Below, piece after piece: positions 1-9,976 of a DNA stretch of 64,000 bases. The notes beneath the pieces were generated by a model. It was not told the DNA's origin. It searched no databases and worked only from the letters and a program-made list of their open reading frames with translations. The stretch's first letter is position 1. Every line of letters begins with the position of its first letter. This DNA comes from Candidatus Omnitrophota bacterium (lineage in GTDB: Bacteria > Omnitrophota > Gorgyraeia > Zapsychrales > JAKLDJ01). A program made the translations under genes and the position numbers. The stretch covers positions 155,413-219,412 of the forward strand of contig JAKLDJ010000002.1 in NCBI GenBank assembly GCA_022703585.1. The letters are read 5' to 3'.

Positions 1-578
1 ATGATTCCGATGACGGGCCCTTGGGAAATTCCGAATTCCCGCCGCATTCTTAATTTTTCCGCATCATCTACAATCGGAAAATCGGCAAGATCAATACCGT
101 TATGAACGAGAGAAATCTTTCTACCGTCCACTCCAAAATCATTCATCAAATGTTTCCGGACCGGCTCGCTAATGGCAATAATCCCCTGGCCCCAGCAGGG
201 AAACATCTTTCTGGAAAGCCGTGGTTTAAAGAAACCGTGGCAGGTAGTAACAAAGGGCCGCCGGGAACTTCTGCTTAAGAATGCCGCCGCCACCTGGGTT
301 ACGCGCGTGTGAGTATGCAGGATATCAATATTCTCTTCACGAATAAAACGATTAAGGCGCGGCAAGGAAAGATAAATTTTTGGGCTAATCTCTGATTTGG
401 TGCGGATATCAACCGTAAAATGTTTAAAACCCAAGCCCTCTAATTCCTCGACTCTGTTGCCACCGCTGGTCGCCACCGATACATTGTGGCCGATTCTCTT
501 TAGCCCCTTTGCCAGCGTAAACAGATAGCTGGTAATTCCACCCGTATTTAAATGGTTCGCAAGAACAAGGATGTTCAT
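1..578 (-). CDS. Glycosyltransferase family 1 (GT4-like), C-terminally truncated by window start; its start codon overlaps the stop of the upstream gene (ATGA)
   Basis: Reverse translation from 576-578 reads MNILVLANHLNTGGITSYLFTLAKGLKRIGHNVSVATSGG..., a GT4 N-terminal Rossmann pattern; the frame stays open to position 1. Confidence 0.75.
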   Translation of the reverse strand, partial: MNILVLANHLNTGGITSYLFTLAKGLKRIGHNVSVATSGGNRVEELEGLGFKHFTVDIRTKSEISPKIYLSLPRLNRFIREENIDILHTHTRVTQVAAAFLSRSSRRPFVTTCHGFFKPRLSRKMFPCWGQGIIAISEPVRKHLMNDFGVDGRKISLVHNGIDLADFPIVDDAEKLRMRREFGISQGPVIGI

Positions 579-2677
579 TTCTTTATTCCGATCAGTTTAT
601 CTATCTCACGGGCAACCTGCTCGGGGGTAATTTCTTCCATGCAGGCGTATTTTGCCTTTTTGCAGCGAGAGCTATAGCAACCGGCACAGTCCATATCTTT
701 CTTTAAAACCGAATAATGATCCGACGGCGGCAGATGACGGACGGGATCCGTGGGACCAAAAATAGCCACAAAAGGAACTCCCATGGCCGCGGCAATATGC
801 ATCGGCGCCGAATCGGGAGTAATATACACCTTGGTACGCTTAATCAAAGCTGCAAGTTGCAAAATATCAGTTTTACCGACAAAATCCGCGGGCTTTGTTT
901 TTGTCATCGTCAAAAGTTGGCGCACCAGCTCCTTGTCTTTTTCCATGCCGGTAATCAGCACCCGGATATTCTGGTTGGAAAGTACGTCGCACAGCCGGGC
1001 AATGTGTTTAAGCGGCCAATTTTTAGTGGGCCACTTGGCCGACGCGGCAATGTTAATCCCGACGATGTTGGGGGCATTGCCCAGCCATTCCCCGTCTAAG
1101 AGTTTTTGCACGTAGAGCTCATCCTGGCTCGACGGCCAAAGCTCAAGAGAAACACGCCCCGCCGGAGTAACCCCCGCCATTTTCAGGACTTGGAATTGAT
1201 GCGCGACCGCCGGCATGGGGATCCCGTCATCTTCGATTGCGTGGGATAAAAGAAATCCCCACTTGCCGTTATCATAGCCGTAACTTTCCAAAGGAAAACT
1301 TAAAAACGCCAACAGATGGCTCTTGCGGTTATTCTGAAAATCAATAACCTTGTCAAAATGATAGCGCCTCAATTTCCGGGAGAATTTAAATAGGCCCATC
1401 CAGCCCTTATCTTTATCCTTGGGATCAAAAATCAGCAGCTCATCAATATACGGACAACGCTCTAAAACCTCCCGTGATTCTTTGCCCACCAAACAAAATA
1501 TTTTGGCATGCGGATATTTCTCGCGTAGCATCTTTAAAGACGGCGTTACCAAAACCACATCGCCGACAGAGCTTAATTTGATGACCAGGATATTTAAAGA
1601 ATTTAAAACTTCTTCGTAGACCTTCATTGTGGCATTGGCCATCTGATCAAGGGTAAAATGGGATTCGAGTTTCTTGCGTGCCTGCACTGTCAGGCTTAAG
1701 GCCAGTTTTGGATCCCGAAGAATCTTGATAACTGCCCGGGCCATTTCATCAGTATCTTTAGGCAAAACTAAAAGTCCGGTTTTACCATCCTCCACAATCT
1801 CGGTAACCCCTCCGACCTTTGTGGCGACTACCGGCACATCAGCGGCATTCGCCTCCAGGATAACACGCCCAAAAGCCTCTTCGGTCGTCGTCGATAAAAC
1901 AAGGACATCCGTTTTTGCCAAAAGCTGCGGGATGTCTTTGCGGTTACCAAGAAATTCTACGTAATCTTTTAAACCCAGCCGCTGCACCAGGACCTTAAGA
2001 TCCTGTTTGTATAATTCTTTTTTGGCCGGGGCATCGCCAATAATCCATATCTTGACATTGGGAACAGAGCGCACGACCTTAGCCATGCTTTTAAGAAAAT
2101 AGGTATGCCCTTTTAGCGGCGTGATCCTTCCGATCATGGAAATGACCCGTTGCGTCGGCGACTTTTGGGGAGATTCGGAAGAATTAAACTTTTCCAAATC
2201 AACGCTTCGGGCAATACGACGGATATTTTCGTGAGGCACGTGAAAATCATCAATCATGTGCCGGCCGATGACGTCGCTGGGGACAATGACCCTCTTGGCC
2301 CAGCCCATCACCCGGCTAAACAGATGCATGGAATAATAACCGTGACAGGTGGTCACAAATGCCGTTTTGGTCTTCCGGCAGGCAAAAAAGGCAATCCACG
2401 CCGGTACACGCGAACGGGCATGGACGATATCAATACGCTCATCTTCGATTATCTTCTTAAGCGCCTTGATGCACTTTAAAATATTCTTTAAGGACTTTTT
2501 GTGAACGGGAAGTTTATAGTGCTTTGCGCCGATTCGTTCTAAGTCAACGATTAACTCTCCTCCGTCGGAAACAACGACAACCCCGTGGCCCTGGGAAACC
2601 AGGTGTTTGGCAATGTCAACCGTCCCGGTCTCCACTCCACCCACGTTTAATTCCGGCAATATCTGCAAAACTCTCAT
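575..2677 (-). CDS. Bifunctional LPS-core glycosyltransferase: N-terminal GT4 domain fused to C-terminal GT9 (ADP-heptose:LPS heptosyltransferase-like) domain
   Basis: 700 aa; N-terminal half has the GT4 EX7E region (EAFGRVILEANAADVPVVATKVGGVTEIVEDGKTG); C-terminal half begins ILVIKLSSVGDVVLVTPSLKMLREKYPHAKI, the classic RfaF/RfaC GT9 N-terminus. Confidence 0.8.
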   Translation of the reverse strand: MRVLQILPELNVGGVETGTVDIAKHLVSQGHGVVVVSDGGELIVDLERIGAKHYKLPVHKKSLKNILKCIKALKKIIEDERIDIVHARSRVPAWIAFFACRKTKTAFVTTCHGYYSMHLFSRVMGWAKRVIVPSDVIGRHMIDDFHVPHENIRRIARSVDLEKFNSSESPQKSPTQRVISMIGRITPLKGHTYFLKSMAKVVRSVPNVKIWIIGDAPAKKELYKQDLKVLVQRLGLKDYVEFLGNRKDIPQLLAKTDVLVLSTTTEEAFGRVILEANAADVPVVATKVGGVTEIVEDGKTGLLVLPKDTDEMARAVIKILRDPKLALSLTVQARKKLESHFTLDQMANATMKVYEEVLNSLNILVIKLSSVGDVVLVTPSLKMLREKYPHAKIFCLVGKESREVLERCPYIDELLIFDPKDKDKGWMGLFKFSRKLRRYHFDKVIDFQNNRKSHLLAFLSFPLESYGYDNGKWGFLLSHAIEDDGIPMPAVAHQFQVLKMAGVTPAGRVSLELWPSSQDELYVQKLLDGEWLGNAPNIVGINIAASAKWPTKNWPLKHIARLCDVLSNQNIRVLITGMEKDKELVRQLLTMTKTKPADFVGKTDILQLAALIKRTKVYITPDSAPMHIAAAMGVPFVAIFGPTDPVRHLPPSDHYSVLKKDMDCAGCYSSRCKKAKYACMEEITPEQVAREIDKLIGIKK

Positions 2678-4647
2678 ATAACTTCTCTTGCTGCCTCCAG
2701 GATGACATCGTTGTCGTTCAGGATTTTGGTTTTAATTTTCTTGCGCGCCATGGAGGCGATAACCTCCCCCACGTCTTTTTCCTTCGATAAAACAATATAC
2801 CCACGGTTATGGAGATTCTCAATGAACAAATCGTGCTTGTCCTTCCTCCAGAATGATTTTCGCTTCTTTAAAGGAGGAAAAACAATGACGTCCTTGCCCG
2901 AAGTGGCAGCCTCGGAAACCATAGAGACGCTGTCCCCGGAAACAACAAGAATATCGCAAAGCCCTAGGATGCCTCCTACCGCCTCGGGGATATTGCTGCG
3001 GTTAGCCAGGATGAGCATACGGCAGCGGGGATGATTCTTTATCTCTCTCTGGAGAATATTTTCTATTTCCGGGGGCGTGCGCCGCGACGTCGTTATCAGA
3101 ATATCGGCATCATTTTGCTCGCAGGCATTTTTAACCTGGCCAATCAGCATCTTTATCTGTGCTTCGCCGATGAAATGTTTCTTGGTGTCGCCGCCCAGCA
3201 GAATGCCGACCTTGGTTTCTTTACCGCTTTGCAGATGAGAAAATCGATTTAAAAGAAGACGAACCTGCTCTTTAAGATACGCCTTGTTAATCAAATTCGG
3301 GGCCCCCTGGGCATAAATAACCCTGCCTCGTATTCTCTTATTCTTGGGATTGTCGTGCTGCGGCAAAACCACCAGGTCAAAACGCCGGAAACCCAAAATG
3401 CCGGGCTTTAGAATGCTGACGCTCTTAGCCCGATAGTCACGCGACAAAAAGAAATTGACCGGCGCCGCCGCCGACCCGCAGGAAACGACAAAATCCGCTT
3501 TGACACTTGCGATATCGAGGAATGATTTTCTGGTCAAGAACCACTTTAAATACCGTAAACGGCCCTGGCAGAAAAAAGGATGCGAAACGAAACTTAAAAA
3601 GGCGATCATTTTTTCCGATAAACGGCTCTTAAAACAGACATCAACCGTTTGCACGTCGCACTCGATGCCGCGCTCGGCCAGAGCGGTTTTAATCGTTTCC
3701 GCGACAGCCTGAGATTGCCTTAGATGCCCTGCCTTACCGTCATTAAGAATAACCGCCGTGGATTCCCGGGAATATTTCCAGATTTTATAAAACCACATAT
3801 ATTCGGAAGGATATTTCGTAATAAAATTTTCCATGAGGCTTATAACTTTATTTAAGTTGGAGATAACATCCCTTTCGAGATCTCCGGTCTTAATCAGTTC
3901 CAGGGCGGGATGAATAACCAGGCGGTGCTGAGAATTTTTATCCCGGATAATAATCGAAAAACATATCGGGACATCATACTTAATTCCCATCTTGATCGCC
4001 CCGACCGACATCGATGCCAGCCGCCCGAAGAATTTAACCAATGCGCCGTCGCGTCCGCCCTGGTCCACCACCATGCCGATGATTTCGTTTTTACGCAGGC
4101 TCTCGATAATTTCCCTGGTGCCGCGGCCGCGGGCGATAACCACCGAACCGCTATGGAGGCGAAGGGAATTGAGCAGTTCATCCAGCTTGGTAAATCTGGT
4201 CTGGGGCTTGGCCACAACCCGGTAAGGATGCCCGGTTAAAACACTCATCAAATTCGACATCTCCCAACTGCCAAAATGCATCGCTAAAAGAATCAGCCCC
4301 TTATTCTTTTTGAGGGCTTCATCGACATTCTCCCGGCCCTCAAGCTTAACGAATTTCTCTGCGCCGAGGCGCTTAATCACGGGAACCCGCAAAAGTTCGA
4401 TAATATTTTCCCCGTAATTCTGGAATATCTTTTTAACGATCCTTTTGATTTCGCTGGGTTTCTTGGTTTTGGCAAAGGCGATCTTTAAATTCGCATAAGC
4501 CATGGCCTTATGCTTTCGGTCCAAATAGTAGCCGATAAGCCCTATCGCACGGCCTAGCCCTAAGGCAGTGTCCACTGGAAGCCGGCACACGATAAAACCG
4601 ACAACCTGTGCTGCGCCATAGGCACAATAGTCCCTGATAGCTTTCAT
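2674..4647 (-). CDS. Lipid A late acyltransferase (LpxL/HtrB family) fused to a C-terminal ELM1/DUF1022-like GT-B-like domain
   Basis: 657 aa; N-terminal ~300 aa carries the LPLAT motif AMHFGSWEM (HX4E) as in LpxL/LpxM; C-terminal ~340 aa (GILLGGDTKKH...ITTSRRTPPEIE...) resembles the bacterial ELM1/DUF1022 family often found beside lpxK/waaA. Confidence 0.7.
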   Translation of the reverse strand: MKAIRDYCAYGAAQVVGFIVCRLPVDTALGLGRAIGLIGYYLDRKHKAMAYANLKIAFAKTKKPSEIKRIVKKIFQNYGENIIELLRVPVIKRLGAEKFVKLEGRENVDEALKKNKGLILLAMHFGSWEMSNLMSVLTGHPYRVVAKPQTRFTKLDELLNSLRLHSGSVVIARGRGTREIIESLRKNEIIGMVVDQGGRDGALVKFFGRLASMSVGAIKMGIKYDVPICFSIIIRDKNSQHRLVIHPALELIKTGDLERDVISNLNKVISLMENFITKYPSEYMWFYKIWKYSRESTAVILNDGKAGHLRQSQAVAETIKTALAERGIECDVQTVDVCFKSRLSEKMIAFLSFVSHPFFCQGRLRYLKWFLTRKSFLDIASVKADFVVSCGSAAAPVNFFLSRDYRAKSVSILKPGILGFRRFDLVVLPQHDNPKNKRIRGRVIYAQGAPNLINKAYLKEQVRLLLNRFSHLQSGKETKVGILLGGDTKKHFIGEAQIKMLIGQVKNACEQNDADILITTSRRTPPEIENILQREIKNHPRCRMLILANRSNIPEAVGGILGLCDILVVSGDSVSMVSEAATSGKDVIVFPPLKKRKSFWRKDKHDLFIENLHNRGYIVLSKEKDVGEVIASMARKKIKTKILNDNDVILEAAREVI

Positions 4648-5735
4648 TCCTGACCTTTTTTAGATGATGCCTCTAAAACTTTCTTAAGAAATTCTTCTTT
4701 GCCGCGGGTAATCTCAATCTTGATATTCAAACTTAGCAAAGCCAGGCCGCTGCCAAATTCCCCCAGGAACTTAGTCAGCTTAACCGCATCTTTTTGAGTG
4801 GTAAGAATCGTCCAGGCATTATTCTCTTTGCAGTAACGGATAATTTCTTTTATATCATGAAGGCGGTAGAGATGATGGTCCATAAAAGAAAAAGTTTTTC
4901 TCACCTCGGCCCCTAAATTAACAAGCAACGCTTCAAAAGACCGCGGATCGGCTATACTGCAGAAAGCGCCGATCGATCTTCCTTTCAGGATAGATAGCGG
5001 ATATTTGCGGCCCTCCACCCGCAGGTCGGTCAAATCGACAGGTCCATGGATCGCTTCAACAATAGGGCAATCAGGATTAACCGCCCGCAACTTGTCTCTG
5101 ATAAGTTCCAGATTTTGTTTGCCTAAATCGGTCTTAGTCAGAACGAACATATCCGCCCGGGACAAAGACGTGACGGATTCCCGTAAAATCCCGCGCGGAA
5201 TCAAGTATCCATTTCCGAAAGGATTGGTGGTATCGATCGCCACGATATCCAAATCTCTTCTTAAGCGCCAATGTTGAAAGCCGTCATCCATTAGGAAAAC
5301 ATCCATCGGATAATCATTCATTGCCTCGCGCGCTTTTTTGATCCGGTTCTTTCCCACCATGACCGGGATGCCCTTAAGGGCCCCGCTTAACAACTTGGCT
5401 TCATCACTGAACCTTCCCTCGGGACCCAAGGAAACAAGTTTTCCGGTCATATAACCACGCGTCAAGATCACCGGTTTTAAATTATTCTTTTTAAGAAACT
5501 CAGCGATAAATTCCACCAGAGGGGTTTTACCGACACCGCCGACAGTCATATTGCCGATAGAGATAACCGGTTTCGGCAATCTGTATCTGCGTAAAATACC
5601 GATCCTATAAAACCATAAGATAATACCGACCAGAAACCCGTAAATGAAAGACAATAATAAAAGCAAGGCCTTAAGGATAGATGCCGTAAAACCATTCACG
5701 CGATCAGTCATTAAGCGGAAAAAGTATTCTCTCAT
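4644..5735 (-). CDS. lpxK: Tetraacyldisaccharide 4'-kinase
   Basis: 363 aa; N-terminal TM followed by the P-loop GNMTVGGVGKTP typical of LpxK; lies within the lipid A cluster. Confidence 0.85.
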   Translation of the reverse strand: MREYFFRLMTDRVNGFTASILKALLLLLSFIYGFLVGIILWFYRIGILRRYRLPKPVISIGNMTVGGVGKTPLVEFIAEFLKKNNLKPVILTRGYMTGKLVSLGPEGRFSDEAKLLSGALKGIPVMVGKNRIKKAREAMNDYPMDVFLMDDGFQHWRLRRDLDIVAIDTTNPFGNGYLIPRGILRESVTSLSRADMFVLTKTDLGKQNLELIRDKLRAVNPDCPIVEAIHGPVDLTDLRVEGRKYPLSILKGRSIGAFCSIADPRSFEALLVNLGAEVRKTFSFMDHHLYRLHDIKEIIRYCKENNAWTILTTQKDAVKLTKFLGEFGSGLALLSLNIKIEITRGKEEFLKKVLEASSKKGQE

Positions 5736-5746
5736 AGCTTCTTCCT

Positions 5747-7045
5747 TTAACTTTTTTGAAAAAATTTTCTAATGATCGTAGCCGTACGATCCGTCGCCCC
5801 CGAATGTTTTTGGGCAACAGCCCTGGCTAGAGCGCCTAAATCTTCCATCTTTCGCGGATCCCTTAAAAGCTCCCTAACGTTTAACAACAACCCGTCGGCA
5901 TCTTTAGCCCGAATAACCGCGTTTTCCCGTAAAAAAAGATCGACAACATCTTTAAAATTCTCCGTATAGGGCCCAATCAGAATGGCCTTGCCTAAGGCAG
6001 CGGGCTCTATCATATTTTGCCCGCCGTGAGCCGACAGACTCTTACCCACAAAAACCAGCTTCGCCAATCCGTAAAGAGAGCGCAATTTGCCGATCGTATC
6101 AACAACGATAACCGTATCGCGCACTACCGTCGTGCTATTGACCTGCGAAAGCCTTAAGGGAGTCAGCCCCTTTGCCTCGATTAATCTAGCCACTTCACTT
6201 GTCCGTTCAATATGCCGCGGGGCAATCATTAGACGCAAATCTTTAAATTCGCCCGATAACGATTTAAAAATATTTAAAACAATCTCCTCTTCTCCGGGAT
6301 GAGTACTGCCGGCAATCCACAGAGTTTCGTTGCCAATAAACCCGAGACTCTTTAAATCTGCCGATCCCGCCGCCGGCAGATCGTCAAATTTAACGTTCCC
6401 GATCTGGTGCACTTTTTCCTTAGGAGCCCCCAACGTAATAATCCGGTCACAATCCGCACGGCTTTGCATGCAGAGAATATCAACGCCGCTTAGAATTCTT
6501 TTCATCAAATATTTAACCAAACGATAATTCTTAAAAGCCCTATCGGAAATCCGACCATTGACAACCGCAACCGGAATACGATTCTCCCTTAGGCATGAGA
6601 ATAAATTCGGCCATAGTTCGGTTTCCATGGCAATATACATTTTGGGCTTAATCCGGGCAACGTAACGCCGGACAATAAAACTAAAGTCCAGCGGCGCATA
6701 AATAAGAATATCATCGCCGGAGATAATCTTAGAGGCCACCTCGTAACCCGTTTTGGTAACCGTCGAAATAACCAAGCGATGCCCGGGAAAAACGCTCCTT
6801 AAATGCTGCGCCAATCTCGAAACGCCCTGGACTTCGCCCACGCTGACCGCATGGACCCAGATATTCTCTTTTTTCGCCAAAGCCGTTTTTAATTCTTCCG
6901 AAAACTTGCCAAAACGCATAGAAAAATCCGGATGCCATTTTCTTTTAACAATCAAATAGGGAAAATAGATAAGCGAGAAAATTGCAAAGATTAAATCGTA
7001 GATAACCGTCATAACTTTTTGTTTCCGTTCTTTAACAATTAACAA
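5747..7045 (-). CDS. waaA: 3-deoxy-D-manno-octulosonic acid (Kdo) transferase
   Basis: 432 aa; WVHAVSVGE motif and GT30 architecture. Confidence 0.85.
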   Translation of the reverse strand: MLIVKERKQKVMTVIYDLIFAIFSLIYFPYLIVKRKWHPDFSMRFGKFSEELKTALAKKENIWVHAVSVGEVQGVSRLAQHLRSVFPGHRLVISTVTKTGYEVASKIISGDDILIYAPLDFSFIVRRYVARIKPKMYIAMETELWPNLFSCLRENRIPVAVVNGRISDRAFKNYRLVKYLMKRILSGVDILCMQSRADCDRIITLGAPKEKVHQIGNVKFDDLPAAGSADLKSLGFIGNETLWIAGSTHPGEEEIVLNIFKSLSGEFKDLRLMIAPRHIERTSEVARLIEAKGLTPLRLSQVNSTTVVRDTVIVVDTIGKLRSLYGLAKLVFVGKSLSAHGGQNMIEPAALGKAILIGPYTENFKDVVDLFLRENAVIRAKDADGLLLNVRELLRDPRKMEDLGALARAVAQKHSGATDRTATIIRKFFQKS

Positions 7046-7083
7046 GCGCGTATCGATAACCTAAGATTCCCCAGCAAACCCTA

Positions 7084-7944
7084 TCAGGCGCGGGGATGGG
7101 CGCTTTCGTAGACACTCTTTAACTTTTCAGTCGTCATGTGAGTATAAATCTGGGTCGTCGAAAGATTGACGTGCCCGAGCAATTCCTGAACCGCCCTAAG
7201 ATCAGCGCCACGGTTAAGCAAATGCGTCGCAAATGAATGCCTTAAGGTATGCGGCGAAACGCTTTCCCTTAAAGCCGTCTGCCGAATATATTTATTGGTA
7301 ATATTTCGGATACTTCTATCCGAAAGCCGGGTTCCGTTTTTATTTAAAAATAACGCTCTCTCGGGCTTTTTTCTTTTATCCAGATATTCGCGAATAGCCC
7401 TAAGCGCCCTATCGCCGATGGGCACCAGCCGTTCTTTTTTTCCTTTGCCTAGAACTTTGACAATATTGCTAATAAAGTCAACGCTGTCCTCGTTTAATCC
7501 GACCAACTCGCTGACACGTATCCCTGTTGAGTAGAGCGTTTCTAGGATCGCCCGGTCACGAAAACCTGCCTCGTCATCGGCCAAGGGGGCCTCTAAGAAT
7601 TTCGTCACCTCGGCCTCGGTTAGAAATTGAGGTAATTTTTTATCCAGCTTCGGCGTCATCATCAGGCTCGACGGGTTATTCTTGACGTAGCCCTCCCGCT
7701 GCAGGAATTTAAAAAAACTTCGCAAGGATGAAAGTTTGCGCGCCAGGGTGCGCGGCTTATATTGCTTCTCGCGCATACTCGCCAAATAGCGCCGAAGGAC
7801 CAGGTAATCGACCTTTTCGACCGGCGTGTCTTTGGCAAAGACAGAGAACTCCCTAAGGTCCAACCCGTAATTAAGCCGTGTATGCGGAGAATAATTCTTT
7901 TCAATCTCCAGATACGACAGAAATTTGTCAATATACCGTTCCAT
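7084..7944 (-). CDS. xerC: Tyrosine site-specific recombinase XerC/XerD
   Basis: 286 aa; C-terminal R..HxxR..Y catalytic region (TLRHSFATHLL...TQIYTH); topA-xerC neighbourhood as in Firmicutes. Confidence 0.85.
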   Translation of the reverse strand: MERYIDKFLSYLEIEKNYSPHTRLNYGLDLREFSVFAKDTPVEKVDYLVLRRYLASMREKQYKPRTLARKLSSLRSFFKFLQREGYVKNNPSSLMMTPKLDKKLPQFLTEAEVTKFLEAPLADDEAGFRDRAILETLYSTGIRVSELVGLNEDSVDFISNIVKVLGKGKKERLVPIGDRALRAIREYLDKRKKPERALFLNKNGTRLSDRSIRNITNKYIRQTALRESVSPHTLRHSFATHLLNRGADLRAVQELLGHVNLSTTQIYTHMTTEKLKSVYESAHPRA

Positions 7945-7949
7945 GGCGG

Positions 7950-9929
7950 TTAAGCGGGTGGTTGAGTGCTCGGTTTCACTTCAGGAAGTTTACTGGCCAC
8001 AAAAGTGCATTTAGGGTAATTGCTACAGCCAAAAAATGCCCCCCGGCGGGAACGCCGTTCGACCAATTCCCCGCCGCAGCCTTCCTGCGGACATTTGACC
8101 CCGGTTAAAAAGGACTGTGCATATTTGCAAGCCGGAAATGCCGAACAGCTTAAAAATTTTCCCCGGCGGCCCCATTTGATGGCCAAGGGTTTGCCGCATT
8201 GCGGGCATATCTTATCGGTCAGCACTTGAGTTTTTTCGATATGCAGCATCGCATAATCCAGCTCTTCTTTAAACGGCTGATAAAATTCTTTTAACAGCTG
8301 CGGGTACTCGAGCTTTCCCTCTTCGACCAAATCCAAATGCTCTTCCATGGTCGCGGTAAAACCGATATCCATGATCTTCGGGAAATATTCCATCAGAAGA
8401 TCGCAGATCAGCATCCCCAACTCAGTCGCCCTAAAATAGCCGCGCTCACGGTTAACGTAATGACGTAACACAAGCGTCTGAACGATCGGTGAATAAGTGC
8501 TCGGCCTCCCGATGCCGTCTTCTTCCAAGGCCCTGACGAGCGTGGCTTCCGAATAGCGGGCCGGCGGTTTGGTAAAATGCTGTGACGGCTTAACGTCCAC
8601 CAAAACCAGAGGATCATCGATCCTGTAGTGCGAAAGATCAATGGGTTCCTCGGCCTCATCCCCTTGCCTGTACACGGTCAGGTATCCGTCAAAAACAATT
8701 GTCGAACCTGAAGCGCCGAATTGAAATCTTCCCGCCTTGATCTCGATTTTCTTTTGGCTAAAGACCGCCGGCATCATCTGGCAGGCCACAAACCTGCGCC
8801 AAATCAACTCGTAAAGTTCAAACTGATCACCGTCAAGATATTCCTTAACGTCCTCGGGCCTTCGCATGACGTCGCTGGGACGTATGGCCTCATGGGCCTC
8901 CTGCGCAGATTTTTTGGATTTGTAAACATTCGGTTTTTCGGGAAGATATTTCTTACCGTAGGATTTTCCAATAAGATCACGCACCTTATCGACGGCCTCA
9001 TTGGCGATATTAACCGAGTCCGTACGCATGTAGGTAATCAAACCCACCGTTTCTTTGCCGCCGAGTTCGATCCCTTCATAAAGCTGCTGGGCAATGATCA
9101 TAGTTTTAGCCGTATTAAACCCGAGCTTGTTAAAGGCCTCCTGCTGCAAAGTACTGGTAATAAACGGCGGTGCGGGATTGCGTTTGACCTCGCGCGCGGT
9201 AACATTGGAAACAGAGAAATTCTCTTTCTTTATCTGCGCAACAATATCCCCGGCTTCGGATTCTGTCTTAAGTTCATATTTCTTGTCATCAATCTTTTCT
9301 AAGGCCGCGGTCAAGGCCTCTTTGTAATCGGTTTTCTTTAAATCAACCGCGATTTGCCAGTATTCCTCGGGCTTAAAACTTAGGATTTCCCTTTCGCGCT
9401 CAACGATTAACCGAAGGGCCACCGACTGCACCCGGCCGGCGCTTAAGTGATACGAGCCTATCTTTTTCCACAATAACGGGCTCAACTGATAGCCGACAAT
9501 CCTGTCTAAGATCCTGCGGGCGATCTGGGCATCGACTTTCTTTAAATCAAACTCTCTGGGATTCTTAAGCGCCTTTAGGACGGCCTCTTTTGTGATCTCG
9601 TGAAAAGCAATTCTATAAATCTTTTTACCTTCACCGATATGGGTAATGATATTCCAGCCGATGGCTTCCCCTTCGCGGTCAGGGTCAGTGGCCACATAGA
9701 TCTCGGTTTTTGTTTTTGCCTCTTTTTTAAGCTGGGTTAAGACTTTCTGTTTCTTGCGCATGACAATCAGATGGGGCTTAAAATTATCTTCGACATCAAT
9801 GCCGAATTTTGAAATCGGCAGATCCACCAGATGCCCCATGGAAGAGACAACCTTGTATTTTGTCCCTAAGATCTTATTGATAGTCTTCACCTTCGCGGGA
9901 GACTCGACGATCACCATTGCCTTTGCCAT
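7950..9929 (-). CDS. topA: DNA topoisomerase I
   Basis: 659 aa; Toprim N-terminus (MVIVESPAKVKTI) and C-terminal Cys4 zinc ribbons. Confidence 0.9.
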   Translation of the reverse strand: MAKAMVIVESPAKVKTINKILGTKYKVVSSMGHLVDLPISKFGIDVEDNFKPHLIVMRKKQKVLTQLKKEAKTKTEIYVATDPDREGEAIGWNIITHIGEGKKIYRIAFHEITKEAVLKALKNPREFDLKKVDAQIARRILDRIVGYQLSPLLWKKIGSYHLSAGRVQSVALRLIVEREREILSFKPEEYWQIAVDLKKTDYKEALTAALEKIDDKKYELKTESEAGDIVAQIKKENFSVSNVTAREVKRNPAPPFITSTLQQEAFNKLGFNTAKTMIIAQQLYEGIELGGKETVGLITYMRTDSVNIANEAVDKVRDLIGKSYGKKYLPEKPNVYKSKKSAQEAHEAIRPSDVMRRPEDVKEYLDGDQFELYELIWRRFVACQMMPAVFSQKKIEIKAGRFQFGASGSTIVFDGYLTVYRQGDEAEEPIDLSHYRIDDPLVLVDVKPSQHFTKPPARYSEATLVRALEEDGIGRPSTYSPIVQTLVLRHYVNRERGYFRATELGMLICDLLMEYFPKIMDIGFTATMEEHLDLVEEGKLEYPQLLKEFYQPFKEELDYAMLHIEKTQVLTDKICPQCGKPLAIKWGRRGKFLSCSAFPACKYAQSFLTGVKCPQEGCGGELVERRSRRGAFFGCSNYPKCTFVASKLPEVKPSTQPPA

Positions 9930-9976
9930 TTTGACTTAATCCTTTTTTAAAAGTTAAACAAAGAAATTATTTTCTA

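Noticed and set aside
8721-9302. 193 aa plus-strand ORF
   Set aside because: Lies entirely antisense within topA, which has strong full-length homology. No motifs; typical shadow ORF.
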